From the NCBI GenBank assembly GCA_003427395.1, contig BFEA01000001.1:8329887-8393886 (forward strand): a DNA stretch of 64,000 bases, read 5' to 3'. Shown in pieces: positions 63,351-64,000 of the stretch (within the stretch, counting starts at the first letter, position 1; the number at the start of each line of letters is the position of its first letter). The notes under the pieces were generated by a model. It did not search any database. It saw nothing but the letters and a program-made list of their open reading frames with translations, and was not told the origin of the DNA. Source of the DNA: Chara braunii (lineage: Eukaryota > Plantae > Charophyceae). The translations under genes were made by a program, and so were the position numbers.

Positions 63351-63849
63351 ATATATATAATATGCATATATAATATACTAAAGCAAACAAAGGATCTGGC
63401 GACATGGTCGGTCGCGGGCCCAAGGGAAACCATTTGGGACAAAGTGTGGCGGGGGGGCGCGGGGTTGGGGGGGGGCGCAGGGTGAGGCCGACGAAAATTG
63501 CTGCGGCAGGGTCTGGCGACATGACAGAAAAGCGTGGCCGGAGGGGGGGCGCGCGGGGGGAGGGCGACGAGAATTGCCGCGGCTGGCGCGACGAAAATCG
63601 TCGCGGCCGGGTCTGGCGACGTGACAGAAAAGCATGGCGGGGGGTCGCGGGGTTGAGGGTTGGCACGGGGTGAGGTGGGAAAAAGCCGGCCGCGCGAGGG
63701 TACGCGCGTAGTGAGTACCGGCCCACGTGCGTGGGTGCAGAAACGGAAACGCGCGGTGCGCGCGCATGAGCAGGCGTTCGAACGAGGCCGCCGTGTTAGC
63801 GGGCAGGCGGGCGGGCAAGATGGCTGCGGGCGCGGATGAGATACGTATC

Positions 63850-63905
<56 letters not shown>

Positions 63906-63935
63906 CCATCGACGCACCGGTGAACAGGTAAGTCT

Positions 63936-64000
<65 letters not shown>

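Noticed and set aside
63820-63927. ATG...cag|gtaagt as a first exon in a CpG-rich block
   Set aside because: Mostly (AG)n with no homology, and the window ends before it can be tested.

Overview
Repeat-dense eukaryotic nuclear DNA with many N gaps and microsatellites. It is plant-like (initiator-Met PBS, plant-type U6/5S sequences, mitochondrial nad5 fragment); a charophyte alga such as Chara is my guess, not established. One real host gene is recognisable: a metallo-beta-lactamase-fold (HxHxDH) hydrolase on the + strand, with at least four exons spread over 16.7-42.0 kb. Its ~15 kb intron holds a full-length, decayed Ty3/gypsy chromovirus (19390-29708, GGTGT TSD) with a nested hAT element. 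The rest is MITEs, hAT-type non-autonomous elements, L1-type remnants and satellites. The most unusual content is RNA-derived: (i) an intact type III hammerhead ribozyme with complementary loops near the 3' end of an (AT)n-inserted dispersed element, plus three degenerate or truncated copies; (ii) an intact minimal type I hammerhead after a Penelope-like ORF end; (iii) four U6 snRNA retrocopies, one fused to a 5S rRNA copy and an L1 3' end; (iv) two copies of one hAT family that each carry organellar DNA. All calls were made by eye, without database searches.
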